From positions 64,001-128,000 of IMG/VR virus record IMGVR_UViG_3300020375_000001: DNA of 64,000 nt; one strand, 5' to 3'. This document shows, piece after piece, positions 1 to 9,890 of this stretch; within the stretch, counting starts at the first letter, position 1; the number at the start of each line of letters is the position of its first letter. Both the position numbers and the translations under genes were made by a program. The DNA is from a virus. Lineage: Duplodnaviria > Caudoviricetes. Under the pieces are notes generated by a model. That model was not told where the DNA came from, ran no database searches, and saw nothing but the letters and a program-made list of their open reading frames with translations.

Positions 1-6
1 TATTAC

Positions 7-1320
7 TTACCAACCACGGTTACCCCAATTACCTTGGTTACCAAATTGGTTACCGGTAGGGTATGGAGTAGACTGCCGCATTGGTTGTTGTGGTTGACCG
101 CCCCAGCCAGTATTTTGCTGTTGAGGCTGTGCCCAGCCAGGTCCACCAGTATTACCAAATGTTTGTGGCTGTGAATACGGGGTGGATTGACGTGTGTGTT
201 GTGGATTGTTTTGCTGCGGGTTAACCATATCCTGAAAGCGACGCTTGGTCGGTGCCGTTTCAGCAGGTGCTTCCTGTGCTGGTTTTTGCGCAAACGAAGT
301 AGCTGGCTTAGGTGCACTCTGCGCCAACTTTTCAGTCAGCGTCATTTTACGACCTTCTTCCAGTACTTGTTCTTGCTTAGCAGACCAGTCCAGTTTCTTA
401 GACTTACCAGCAGGCGCTGCAGGCATAGCAGGTGTTGGTGGTTCAACCTCCTCCACTTCGTTAGGGTCAACCGCCCCTTCATTACCACGCAGGTTGGGAA
501 TCAGACCTTTATACGGGTCCAATTCTTTCACGTCATCTTCCCACGATACATCGATTAACAAATCATCGAAATCTTCGCCCCAGACTTTCTGGAACTTACG
601 CAGGACAACGTTCAGACGCTTAGCCGTAGCAATGTAAGCATGAAGCAATGCGTGGAACGACGGAGCCACCATAGAGTTGCTACCGAAGCTGTACGCATGT
701 TCATTGATATCCGGCAGAATAAAATCAAACATATCAAAGAATGGTTTGAAATCGGACTTACGGAATTTTACACCAAAGATAGTGCGGTCTTTGTTACTGG
801 CTTCCATACGCAACGGTGAGTGTACCGTAGCAAGGCGATTGTATTTCTTATCACCCATTTCACCAGAACGCTTCACAAACAGACCGATAATCTTTTCAGC
901 TTCTGCTGGGTTGATACGGTCAAGCAATGAATCCAATGACTTCACCGTCTTAGCGTCAAAGTCTGGTACCAGCTTCAGGTATTCCTTCTGCTTGATAGTC
1001 AGTGGCTTTTGACGTGCCGGGTCAGCTGCTAACTCACCCAGACCTTGGATAAGTGTTGCAGCAACGAAGTTCAGTTTGAATTGCATTTGGTTACGCAGTT
1101 CGAACAGTACAGCGGATTCACCACGCATTACGTTTTCAGACATTGGATGGAACGCAATATGGTTATCCCAGTCAGGGTTACGCAAAATCTTTTTGGTAGG
1201 CATTACCATTTGCTTACCAGCAATTTCTACCGGACCTTTAAATGCGGTAACAAATCCCTCGCTGTTTACATTCCAGCCAGCCGATTCAACGATAGCTGTA
1301 TATAGTTCTAATAAATCCAT
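7..1320 (-). CDS. Conserved Chimalliviridae nucleus-block protein (phiKZ gp70-like) with Q/N/G-rich disordered C-terminus
   Basis: 437-aa ORF directly downstream of the PicA-like gene, matching phiKZ gp68-69-70 order; the last ~150 aa are low complexity (RQSTPY twice, GW repeats). Confidence 0.6.
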   Translation of the reverse strand: MDLLELYTAIVESAGWNVNSEGFVTAFKGPVEIAGKQMVMPTKKILRNPDWDNHIAFHPMSENVMRGESAVLFELRNQMQFKLNFVAATLIQGLGELAADPARQKPLTIKQKEYLKLVPDFDAKTVKSLDSLLDRINPAEAEKIIGLFVKRSGEMGDKKYNRLATVHSPLRMEASNKDRTIFGVKFRKSDFKPFFDMFDFILPDINEHAYSFGSNSMVAPSFHALLHAYIATAKRLNVVLRKFQKVWGEDFDDLLIDVSWEDDVKELDPYKGLIPNLRGNEGAVDPNEVEEVEPPTPAMPAAPAGKSKKLDWSAKQEQVLEEGRKMTLTEKLAQSAPKPATSFAQKPAQEAPAETAPTKRRFQDMVNPQQNNPQHTRQSTPYSQPQTFGNTGGPGWAQPQQQNTGWGGQPQQPMRQSTPYPTGNQFGNQGNWGNRGW

Positions 1321-1380
1321 TATGGACTCCCGTTTATTTAAGTCTTATTCGAATAGGGGAACCGAAGTTCCCCTGATTTG

Positions 1381-2814
1381 TTACCACTTACTTGAATCAG
1401 CCGAGCCAAAGACTTGGATGTTCGATGATTGTTCAGTAGCCATACCTACGGTGTTTGTCACCGCGTAGATATCTGAGGCCAGTGAACTCAGGTCGTTATT
1501 GTTGTTACCAATGATTGGTGCAGTCAGACCATCTGCGAAAGATGGAATTACATACGGTACCGGTGGCTCATTATTAACTTGGATAGAGATTTTGGTTTCA
1601 CCCAAGATATCTACTTCCATATCCAGTGTCACAATGAAGTTCCAGTTGTTGGTAACGTCGGGCATTACAATGTTTTCCAAACGGTCCAAGAATAACTGAA
1701 TATATCTATCCAGCGGAATGTCTTGAACAAAGCCCCGTGGTACATCTGTCAGGGTAGCGTGAGGCTGACCATTAACAGTGGCGTTTGTCGCGGAGAACTT
1801 TACCTTGGTCAGTAGACATTCCATTGCTAACGGCGGTACCGTATTGGATAGAATGGTGGCCATGATAGAAGTTACATCAGAACCTTTAAAGTGCTCTGTA
1901 TTCTCCGTATAGGCAGACGCCTGTTTAAGTGGTGGCGATAACTCAAAGTGCTGTGTTACGTGCAGTGTAGAGGGAGACAGGTCACACAACAGTCCGTAGG
2001 TAATATAACCTTCTTCAAAGTAGTTACCCTGGTCATCCCAGTTACGCAGTAGCGTATCGTCTACAATACTTGCTTCACGTACCTTGGTGGTCGCTTCATT
2101 GAAGATGTCCGCCTGATTGCCTTGCATGTGGTCGACATTGTTTTGTGCCGAATGCAAAGCTTTCATGGACTTAGCCAGATACTGGTTGTGGTTAGTATTA
2201 ACTCGCTCAGATTTACGAGCACCAGTAGAAGCTATTGCACGGAAGTCGTGCATCTTCACCTCTTCTTGCGGATAGAAGTTGGTTGCCTGCAGATTATTGA
2301 ATACGTCTTCAGGACGCATTACAACGCTCTGATTTTGGAAACCACCACCATGTACAATCAGGTCGTTAACAATGATGTGGTTTGATTCCCAAATCTGCCA
2401 CTGACCCATGCCCATCATGCGAAGTACGATAACATTATTAATGTACATCCGCATGTTCGGGTCAAGATGGTCACTGAACGGTGCTTTACCAACATGGTCC
2501 GTATAGCCAATGATGATTTTACGCGTTGGTATATTACCAACCATCAGCTCAATTTCCATGAAGAAGCGATAACGACGTTCGTTCCAACCCTGAGTAATGT
2601 TGATATCACGACCGGCTTCAGAAGACGGACGAAGGATAGTGGAAGCAACACCGGCTACTGAGTTAGCTGAGATATTACTACCATCTTGGGTCGCGTTTTT
2701 CAACAAGCTCACATTACGCGTATCGTCAATGTAAGTATTGTAAGGACGTGCCGCCTGTTGGTGGTACGAGCCGGTTTCAATAAACATCAACTTGGTTACG
2801 TTAAAATTTGACAT
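1381..2814 (-). CDS. picA: Phage nuclear protein-import factor PicA/Imp1 (phiKZ gp69-like)
   Basis: ~477 aa, directly after the gp68-like subunit; probable start MSNFNVTK with AAGGAAG SD; assigned mainly by synteny and size. Confidence 0.6.
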   Translation of the reverse strand: MSNFNVTKLMFIETGSYHQQAARPYNTYIDDTRNVSLLKNATQDGSNISANSVAGVASTILRPSSEAGRDINITQGWNERRYRFFMEIELMVGNIPTRKIIIGYTDHVGKAPFSDHLDPNMRMYINNVIVLRMMGMGQWQIWESNHIIVNDLIVHGGGFQNQSVVMRPEDVFNNLQATNFYPQEEVKMHDFRAIASTGARKSERVNTNHNQYLAKSMKALHSAQNNVDHMQGNQADIFNEATTKVREASIVDDTLLRNWDDQGNYFEEGYITYGLLCDLSPSTLHVTQHFELSPPLKQASAYTENTEHFKGSDVTSIMATILSNTVPPLAMECLLTKVKFSATNATVNGQPHATLTDVPRGFVQDIPLDRYIQLFLDRLENIVMPDVTNNWNFIVTLDMEVDILGETKISIQVNNEPPVPYVIPSFADGLTAPIIGNNNNDLSSLASDIYAVTNTVGMATEQSSNIQVFGSADSSKW

Positions 2815-2897
2815 TCTTATCTTCCTTTTATTTTGCAATAAGATGCTTTCGGGTTATTTGATTCGTTACGATAATATATGGTTATTAATCGCACGAG

Positions 2898-4433
2898 TTA
2901 AGTTGACTTCGTTGTGTTCCCGTGGTCACCACGGTAGTGCTTGTCCAAATCCATCAAGAAACGTGCACACTCCGGACGGAAGTTGCTTGGGATAATCAAA
3001 GGAGTACCTTCAGCAGTTTCGTCTGTTTCTAATGGCGTGGGTAAGTTATTTTCAATATTAACTGAATTAACTTTATCCAACAGGTCATCAATCCAATCGT
3101 TACCGACGTTATTTTTCGACGTCAGTGGTTTACCGCTTGTGCGACGATAATGTGGATAGATTTCAGCCAGTATCTCCAAGTCCGCACGAGTTACGCGAGA
3201 CTTAGCATGTCCACTACCACCCAGTGAGATTTCACCTGGGTCGCGGGCTAAGAACTTCGCACTGCACAAAGCAGCAAGAACATCAAAACCACGAGTGTGT
3301 AAGATAGCTTGGCAGATACCTAGCAGATGACACATTGGTACATGAGTGATGTGGTATTGGGCAGAAGGTGCAATTACCTCTGAGACCATGTTACCGCAAA
3401 TCATGTAGTGTACTTCATTCACCACCAAGTTAGAGCGTACTAGGTTATCAATACAAGCCTTTACTAACTTGATATCGATGCCGGGTTGTAGTCGCTCTGC
3501 CATTGTTTCCCAGTGCCTGATGACGTAATGCTCAATGTCACGGGGTACACGTTTGGACAACTCTTGGCGGACACGGGTATTTTCCATGATAGACAAATTG
3601 TCTTCTTCACGGGCATTATCCGTAGGACGATGTTTATCACCTATGCGCTCGAATGATTTATCCATCTGGTCCATCTTGGATTTCAGATAGTTGTACATCT
3701 TACGCACAATGTGTTCAGTACCATCGTTAGGGTCAATCAGTAATACCTTACGAATCACCGCAAATGACAACAGCCACTCAGGTAACTCTTCAGTACTCAA
3801 TGAACCGTAAACTGCTGATGTAGTCTTACGGCTGTACGTAGAGTTGACGGTCACGTATACATTTAAACGCTCCCATTCAGGCCGCGCCATAATGCGTGGG
3901 TCTATCAAATCCATCGTACGGTACTCTTTATAAGCAGTACCAACATCTTTCGCTATCGCCGCCATATACTCACCAATAATTGGCAACAACGGCTTTAGCA
4001 CCATCCCCAAACGAACCAAGCCTTTATACTCGCTTCGAATGTAAGTTAGTTCACGAGGACCATCGTCTTCACTGTAGTGCTCATTAACTTCACCTGCACT
4101 AATGTCCAAGTGCATTTCTAGCCACCGGAACATTTTATCTACATCAATGGTGTCATACAGGCGAGCAATGTGTTGTTTTAGTTTTACAGTGAGCCGCTCA
4201 CGTGAACGTACGGAATCGAAGGACTCACGAATGTCATCGTAGGTCTCAAGTATTTCTTGCTGGTCTTCTTTACTCAAGGACGCTAAATAACGATTCAGTG
4301 GCCCCATGCTTCTTGCAGGGTCATTGACATTACTTCGGTCAAAGTTCTGTGTGTTGAATGAAATGGTCGTATCATCCAACTCTACTTTAACAGAAGTGAA
4401 TCTGTTGTTAGCAGGGTATATTTTTAATGGCAT
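2898..4433 (-). CDS. Non-virion RNA polymerase promoter-specificity subunit (phiKZ gp68-like)
   Basis: ~511 aa helical protein between the ChmC-like and PicA-like genes; GGAG SD before ATG 4433; early-type promoter upstream. Confidence 0.65.
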   Translation of the reverse strand: MPLKIYPANNRFTSVKVELDDTTISFNTQNFDRSNVNDPARSMGPLNRYLASLSKEDQQEILETYDDIRESFDSVRSRERLTVKLKQHIARLYDTIDVDKMFRWLEMHLDISAGEVNEHYSEDDGPRELTYIRSEYKGLVRLGMVLKPLLPIIGEYMAAIAKDVGTAYKEYRTMDLIDPRIMARPEWERLNVYVTVNSTYSRKTTSAVYGSLSTEELPEWLLSFAVIRKVLLIDPNDGTEHIVRKMYNYLKSKMDQMDKSFERIGDKHRPTDNAREEDNLSIMENTRVRQELSKRVPRDIEHYVIRHWETMAERLQPGIDIKLVKACIDNLVRSNLVVNEVHYMICGNMVSEVIAPSAQYHITHVPMCHLLGICQAILHTRGFDVLAALCSAKFLARDPGEISLGGSGHAKSRVTRADLEILAEIYPHYRRTSGKPLTSKNNVGNDWIDDLLDKVNSVNIENNLPTPLETDETAEGTPLIIPSNFRPECARFLMDLDKHYRGDHGNTTKST

Positions 4434-4476
4434 TCTGTTCTCCAATACTTTTATTTAACAGGTCCGTAGCACGTTT

Positions 4477-4494
4477 ATAATATATCTTTGAAAA
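4477..4494 (-). promoter_or_regulatory. Putative early-type promoter (TTTTCAAAGATATATTAT)
   Basis: Recurs at 15918, 28409, 19781, 2871 and 63597; resembles phiKZ early TATATTAC. Confidence 0.6.
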
Positions 4495-4499
4495 TATTT

Positions 4500-4985
4500 T
4501 CAATTGCGCCCGCACCAATCTTTCAGAGATTCCAATCTACAGATTGACAGAGGTTCATGGTAACCAGATTCATCCTTTTCAATGGTGAAATAATCCAATT
4601 CAGTTAAGACGTTATTCCTTGCCCCGCCTACTACACCAATTAGATACTCCACTTCGTCATTAAGTTTGAACGTTGGTTTAAAACCTACTGCGCTACCAAC
4701 TAGAAATAGCTTACGCGTTTCGCCACAAGTCGCTATAGACAAGTTATCAACAAACACTATTGTGGTACCGGTGGGTGGTATTTGTCTTGATATGGCGCTC
4801 TCTGGAACATTTGTGATGTCTCTCACCTTAGAGTCAACCGCCGCTATAGCAAAAGTCGACCTATGTTTGATGTTACGTATCAACACGCCTACATCTTTAG
4901 GGTTTTCAAACTGACTTAGGTCTAAAAGTTTGATGTACCATTTCTTTAGTTCCTCACCAGTATTTATTGCGTTAAAACTGGACAC
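4500..4985 (-). CDS. Hypothetical protein
   Basis: 161-aa ORF with GGGG SD, codirectional with neighbours. Confidence 0.7.
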   Translation of the reverse strand: MSSFNAINTGEELKKWYIKLLDLSQFENPKDVGVLIRNIKHRSTFAIAAVDSKVRDITNVPESAISRQIPPTGTTIVFVDNLSIATCGETRKLFLVGSAVGFKPTFKLNDEVEYLIGVVGGARNNVLTELDYFTIEKDESGYHEPLSICRLESLKDWCGRN

Positions 4986-5028
4986 TTTGATTTCCCCTTA
5001 GATAAAAAAAGAAAAGGGGGAAACGCCC

Positions 5029-5370
5029 CTATTCTTGTTCCTTTTTGGAAGGAGTATCTACACTAGCCTCAAGAAGCATATCTTGCAGCGCATACAGTTT
5101 TTCCAACCGACTACGGAATTGGTTACAGGTGGCACTAGTTAAAGCACCCATTTCCGCTTTATGCAGTTGGTCACTAACTTGGTCAATGGCCTTTTGCACT
5201 GCGTTGATGGGATGCGTGGGTTCGCTAGCACGTAACAACTGAATAGCCATTAGGTTTGCTATATGGTTATCCACTTCATTGTTCTCACCCCACATCCGTC
5301 TTTCGCTGGAAGCCTGGTCAATTGCTACCTGTAGTTCCTTGTTTGACATACCCATTGACATTGTGCTCAC
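5029..5370 (-). CDS. Hypothetical helical protein
   Basis: 113-aa ORF overlapping upstream gene by 4 nt. Confidence 0.65.
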   Translation of the reverse strand: MSTMSMGMSNKELQVAIDQASSERRMWGENNEVDNHIANLMAIQLLRASEPTHPINAVQKAIDQVSDQLHKAEMGALTSATCNQFRSRLEKLYALQDMLLEASVDTPSKKEQE

Positions 5371-5738
5371 CCCTTCTTCTTAAAGCGTGGGTTAGCCGGT
5401 ACGGGATAGATTGCTTGTACCTTAGGATACATTACATCCGCCCCATAGACTTCATATGCTTCATTACCAATTAACCCAGAGTGAACATGTTCAATGTTAC
5501 CCTGTTCATTAGTAAAGAATTCCCCATGTGGTAAAAAGCGTCGTTTAAAACGACCGTGCCATTCACCATTAAAGTTTTTGTTATCGTCCCCACTAGGGTA
5601 GGTCTGAGGACCACAGGCACTACATTTAGCAATGCCTAGGTCTTCAGGTTTATTCAATCTTTCATTGAACCTAGTGTGGAACCATCCGCAGGCTGTGTTT
5701 TCAGCACAGCCGCAGACTTGACACTGGAAGATTGACAT
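5367..5738 (-). CDS. Cys-rich putative zinc-binding protein
   Basis: CQVCGC and CSAC motifs; AGGA SD. Confidence 0.65.
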   Translation of the reverse strand: MSIFQCQVCGCAENTACGWFHTRFNERLNKPEDLGIAKCSACGPQTYPSGDDNKNFNGEWHGRFKRRFLPHGEFFTNEQGNIEHVHSGLIGNEAYEVYGADVMYPKVQAIYPVPANPRFKKKG

Positions 5739-5747
5739 CGGACGTCC

Positions 5748-6482
5748 TTAGAAAGGCATGTCGTCGTCGTAATCGTTACCACCGCCACTATTACCACCGT
5801 TGCCGTTACCACCGCCATTATTGCCGTAGTTACCGCCACCGTTGTTGTTGTTGTAGCCACCGCCGTTACCGCCGCCACGGTTGTAGCCGCCACCGCCTTG
5901 ACCTTTAGGCTGTGGTTCTTTGTACGTGATTGCGCTAACGATAGCCAGCAGTTCACGAACCTGACCGAAGTAACCTTTAGCAAACAGGCGAGACTCAAGA
6001 CCTTTCTCAATTGGTTGGCCTTCAGCATCTGTTACTTTGTGGAAGAACGGAGACGTCATGTAGAAGATAGCCTTCGGACGTTCCTTCGCTACCAACGACA
6101 GGTAGATGCGACCATCTTCGGCTTTACCGATAACAGTCTTCGATACTTCTACCGGTGAGTCTGAACGCTTACCGCCAGGCCACAGATAGTTTTTGTTTGA
6201 GATGTAGAATCGGCATGGACCATCGTGTTTGATGACTTCGTCGGACAGAGCAATCAAAGCTTGTGCAGTACGAATGTCCATGGCAGCACGAATCAGACCA
6301 TTGTCTTTATCACCTTCAACACCAGTATAAACATCGATACGCGGGTTACCATCTTCAGTTAAGTAGAACAGTAACGTAGGCGCTGATTTAGCGTTGTCCA
6401 GCTTTTCACCATAGAGACGCATTTTAGCGTGGTCCAAGGCAGTCTTCTTACGCTGCTTACGGAAGTTTTGTTGATTACTCAT
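5748..6482 (-). CDS. chmC: ChmC-like nucleic-acid-binding protein (phiKZ gp67 position) with G/N-rich tail ending DDDMPF
   Basis: 244 aa; basic N-terminus, folded core, GGN/YNN tail, SSB-like acidic tip; synteny upstream of the gp68-like gene. Confidence 0.6.
   Translation of the reverse strand: MSNQQNFRKQRKKTALDHAKMRLYGEKLDNAKSAPTLLFYLTEDGNPRIDVYTGVEGDKDNGLIRAAMDIRTAQALIALSDEVIKHDGPCRFYISNKNYLWPGGKRSDSPVEVSKTVIGKAEDGRIYLSLVAKERPKAIFYMTSPFFHKVTDAEGQPIEKGLESRLFAKGYFGQVRELLAIVSAITYKEPQPKGQGGGGYNRGGGNGGGYNNNNGGGNYGNNGGGNGNGGNSGGGNDYDDDMPF
5760..5900 (-). repeat. Low-complexity GGN/AAC coding repeat (ChmC tail)
   Basis: Encodes GGGNGGGYNNNNGGG repeats. Confidence 0.8.
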
Positions 6483-6584
6483 GGGAGCTTTTCCTTACGT
6501 GTGTCTTATCAATAAATAGAGGGGGTGAGTATTTTTTCACCTTATTCCCAACATTTGGTTAGTTAAAAGAAGTCAATGCGACTG

Positions 6585-6613
6585 CTATACAATCGCATGA
6601 GTGTGTAGTTTTT
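6585..6613 (-). promoter_or_regulatory. Putative middle-type promoter (AAAACTACAC-N13-TATAG)
   Basis: Upstream of chmC; motif repeated with fixed spacing. Confidence 0.6.
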
Positions 6614-6623
6614 GACCAGAAAG

Positions 6624-7439
6624 TTATCTTGGTTTATTCCGCAACATATCCTTCAGCATCTGGGCACCTAACTTATCCGTCATTTTGTTTAAGTCAGATT
6701 CCACCTTGGCGTTGGTTGTGATGGGCGACCATTTATTCTTCTTCGCCAACTCAATCAGTTCCAATTTCAATTTACGGGGATACGCTGCAAAGTTCTCCCC
6801 ATCCCCAAATATCTGCAACGTCATCGCATTAAATGGCATAAGTCCACTATCCTTACCAGACAGTTTACTGTTCCAGTAAGTTTTTGGTTTAATTTTGCCA
6901 GTATGTGATTCTAAGAGTTTGCAAGATGGGAAACTGTAATTTGATAATAAATCGATTGGTTGGTGCGTCAGTAATAAAACGGGTCGGTCTTCGCCCTGTA
7001 ACTTAATGTCAAAGATTTTAATACTATCACTTGCAGAACCAAATACCTCAAGTAGTGTTTCGGTAGTCAGTTGCAGTTCATGCTTTTGTCGAGCGGTTGT
7101 ATAACCCTTAGGTATGGCCTTTGGGAAACATCGAGCAAAAGATTTCTTCTCGGTGACATAATATACGACACGACGAGTATCATGACTCGCCTGACGTGTT
7201 AAATCACTAAGTACGTGCATCTCTTCCAATATCACTGGTGCTAAATCCATTGGGGATATAGTCAGCTTATCTTCCGTAGACAAACAATTAAGACAGTTAC
7301 GAACGAGTGTCCGGACGTTAACCCAGATGTCTCCCTTTTCACCGTCTTCTTTTAATACGACTTCCTCGAAAGGAATAGCCGTGGGAATAGAGACCGGGAC
7401 TTGTTGCCCCAGTTCTCTGTTTTCGAGTGAGGCATTCAT
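6624..7439 (-). CDS. Conserved Chimalliviridae core protein (gp66-like; possible 5'-nuclease/PIN-like fold)
   Basis: 271 aa, WVNVRTLVRN motif; position after the SbcD-like gene; fold is inference. Confidence 0.5.
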   Translation of the reverse strand: MNASLENRELGQQVPVSIPTAIPFEEVVLKEDGEKGDIWVNVRTLVRNCLNCLSTEDKLTISPMDLAPVILEEMHVLSDLTRQASHDTRRVVYYVTEKKSFARCFPKAIPKGYTTARQKHELQLTTETLLEVFGSASDSIKIFDIKLQGEDRPVLLLTHQPIDLLSNYSFPSCKLLESHTGKIKPKTYWNSKLSGKDSGLMPFNAMTLQIFGDGENFAAYPRKLKLELIELAKKNKWSPITTNAKVESDLNKMTDKLGAQMLKDMLRNKPR

Positions 7440-7440
7440 G

Positions 7441-7725
7441 TTAATTTACCTCGCCCTTTAGTTCCAAGACCAACCTACCAAACTCTTCGTCATTATTTAA
7501 AAAGTGGTAAGTTACAACTTCTGGTTTAACTAATGATTTAGGTATGGCAGTGAAAGTTATGTGTTCTAACCCACCGTTACGCAAATGATTGTATAAAGCA
7601 ACTTCTATGCTTTTAAATATTTCCTCTTTGGGGAGAGACTTGGCTATCCCCGCATCGGCCGTATCGTTAATCACCCCAGATAAACAATTGGTCATGTCCA
7701 GATTATTAGTTATACTACTAATCAT
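7441..7725 (-). CDS. Hypothetical protein
   Basis: 94-aa ORF tightly packed in the operon. Confidence 0.6.
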   Translation of the reverse strand: MISSITNNLDMTNCLSGVINDTADAGIAKSLPKEEIFKSIEVALYNHLRNGGLEHITFTAIPKSLVKPEVVTYHFLNNDEEFGRLVLELKGEVN

Positions 7726-7727
7726 AA

Positions 7728-8906
7728 TTACAATACTCCGTCGAGAAGACCTAACATCTTCTCTCGTTTAGGCATGTCAATATGGTCTAGACGTGCCTCG
7801 AGTAAACGTTTGACAGAATCTTTGGTAATATCGACAGTTTGATACTTAGTTACCAATTCCATTTTAGAATCGTTAACCATGTCTTCCGCAGCCTCTCTGT
7901 TAATGGTCCATTTAACATGGTCCCACATCAATTCGAGGTCACGTTTGGCTGCCGCTACTTCTGAGCCTGCCCGTGCAATTATTCTGACATGCGAATGCGC
8001 TGGTAACTTCTCCACCCGTTCTTTTAAAACGTCCATGGTGTCAGACAGCGTCATGTCTAAACAGCTAATCGTTATAAACTTAGTTGCAAGTTCATTTTCG
8101 ATAAAAGTAATATCGTCAGGTTTGTCCGCATGAATACACACACGGTAATGCCCTTTAGCACCTTCCTCACCATGACAGAGTCTATCAAAAGACCCATTCA
8201 CTAGCACAGAGGAATTATACTTCTTACTTTTGTACGAACGTTGGGTATGGTGGTGTCCAATGTCAACGTAGTGTTCGGTTATACCTAAGTACCGGTCAGA
8301 GAGGTGATGTGAAAAGTTTAAGTGTTCAGGTAATTGAAACTCAAACAATCCGTGCATGACACTGAAGTCAACCTTCTCTAATCCACGGTCGTGTAGTAAA
8401 CCTTGAACTTGCGACCATGTGTCGTTAGGGTCATGTTCCCATTCATCAGGTACATATAGAACGTTAATGTCTAACGACTCAATGTACTCAATGCACAGGT
8501 TCTCAATCCAGCGGAAATCACACTTGGATTCTAACAACTCATGTATCTGCGTAAACATACAACCCTGCTTCCAGTCATGCGAAGGCGTACCTTCTAATAG
8601 ACGTAACACAATGTTGTACTTTTCACACAGGCGTATTAGGTGACGGATAAAGATTTGAATCTCACCGATACCGTCATACGACAAATATAAGTTACGGTCA
8701 AAGAAATCCCCAGCAATAAAGATGACATCCAGTTCAGACGTTTCTTTGTTATCAGGAAAAGCTTTATGTAGACCATCGACTACGCTGACGGTAGGCACCC
8801 GTGGGTGCCCAACGTGTATGTCAGAAATGAAAGCAACATTGAGTTCGCCGCGCTTACATCTCTTCGAAATCATCGTCTTTGAACTCTGCTGCTTTTGGTT
8901 CTTCAA
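7728..8906 (-). CDS. SbcD/Mre11-like metallophosphoesterase nuclease
   Basis: ISDIH, IAGDFFD, EGTPSHD, MHG and GHHH calcineurin-like motifs. Confidence 0.85.
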   Translation of the reverse strand: MKNQKQQSSKTMISKRCKRGELNVAFISDIHVGHPRVPTVSVVDGLHKAFPDNKETSELDVIFIAGDFFDRNLYLSYDGIGEIQIFIRHLIRLCEKYNIVLRLLEGTPSHDWKQGCMFTQIHELLESKCDFRWIENLCIEYIESLDINVLYVPDEWEHDPNDTWSQVQGLLHDRGLEKVDFSVMHGLFEFQLPEHLNFSHHLSDRYLGITEHYVDIGHHHTQRSYKSKKYNSSVLVNGSFDRLCHGEEGAKGHYRVCIHADKPDDITFIENELATKFITISCLDMTLSDTMDVLKERVEKLPAHSHVRIIARAGSEVAAAKRDLELMWDHVKWTINREAAEDMVNDSKMELVTKYQTVDITKDSVKRLLEARLDHIDMPKREKMLGLLDGVL

Positions 8907-9423
8907 TTTTCTCGGACTTTAACCCGCCAATAGGTTCGAATCCGTAATACTCCAAGATTGCGTTCCACTGACGAACTTCTTCCAAGTCCACACCTTCTTT
9001 TACAATCTTCTCACCCAAGTTATCGATGATGTGGCGCTGACCCAATGCTGGGTGACGGTCATGGTACTGACGTGCCTCAATCATGATGGTGTGGGATGAT
9101 TTATGCGATTGAACATTAATCAAGGTGGGGTGGCGTTTAACCAGTGGTGGAACAACAAAGATGACTTGTCCGTTCTTCACTACATTTACAGACTCGTACG
9201 CCGTACCGGAGATATCCAGCCACGGTGACAGGTCAACGTTTTTAGCAGTGGACGTGAACATAGGCAAATACTTGTTACGGAAGTCTGCCTCAGGTATTGC
9301 ACGCACAATACCGTCTGTCATTTCACCAATTGATAACATGGCATCCACCAGCTCCGCAGGCATAGTGGTTTCATTTGTTTCGTACTTATCCGGAACTACG
9401 GGTACTTGTTTTTCGTCGGCCAT
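8854..9423 (-). CDS. Conserved jumbo-phage hypothetical protein
   Basis: Probable start MADEKQ with GAGGG SD; acidic C-terminus. Confidence 0.65.
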   Translation of the reverse strand: MADEKQVPVVPDKYETNETTMPAELVDAMLSIGEMTDGIVRAIPEADFRNKYLPMFTSTAKNVDLSPWLDISGTAYESVNVVKNGQVIFVVPPLVKRHPTLINVQSHKSSHTIMIEARQYHDRHPALGQRHIIDNLGEKIVKEGVDLEEVRQWNAILEYYGFEPIGGLKSEKIEEPKAAEFKDDDFEEM

Positions 9424-9424
9424 C

Positions 9425-9832
9425 TTAACCCTCGACATCATTAAGAACGTTCGTAACCTTTTCAATGGTTGAATTACGAACAGTGATTAAATATTGCATG
9501 TCTTGGCTTTTACCGTTATTGGTAATAACCCCACGCGTTACAATTTCTAGCTTAGCCCCGTCTTCTTTTATTTCGACGTGTAGGTCTACGCTATCAAAAA
9601 GTTTCTTAAGGTAATCCTCAAGCGTCTTCTGTATAGAAGATTGCAATTGAGTAATATTTTTATTGTACTTAGAGATAACCCATTGAATACTTACTATTTT
9701 ACCAGCAAATGTTACCGACTGTGAATTATCACTCGTGAAGGCATAAGACATCGCATGGTCTAAGCGTTCTGCAACATCCCCATCTTTAAGCCAACCCTTT
9801 GCCGATAAAGTTGGTATTGTTCTATTGTTCAT
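9425..9832 (-). CDS. Conserved jumbo-phage hypothetical protein
   Basis: 135-aa ORF in core operon. Confidence 0.65.
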   Translation of the reverse strand: MNNRTIPTLSAKGWLKDGDVAERLDHAMSYAFTSDNSQSVTFAGKIVSIQWVISKYNKNITQLQSSIQKTLEDYLKKLFDSVDLHVEIKEDGAKLEIVTRGVITNNGKSQDMQYLITVRNSTIEKVTNVLNDVEG

Positions 9833-9890
9833 ATCCCAGGTATCCCCATTACAAAAAAGAAAGGAGTTTTCACCCCCCTCTTCTATTTAC

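Noticed and set aside
5760-5900. Tandem GCC/GTT nucleotide repeats as a replication origin or array
   Set aside because: Fully explained by Gly/Asn codons of the ChmC tail
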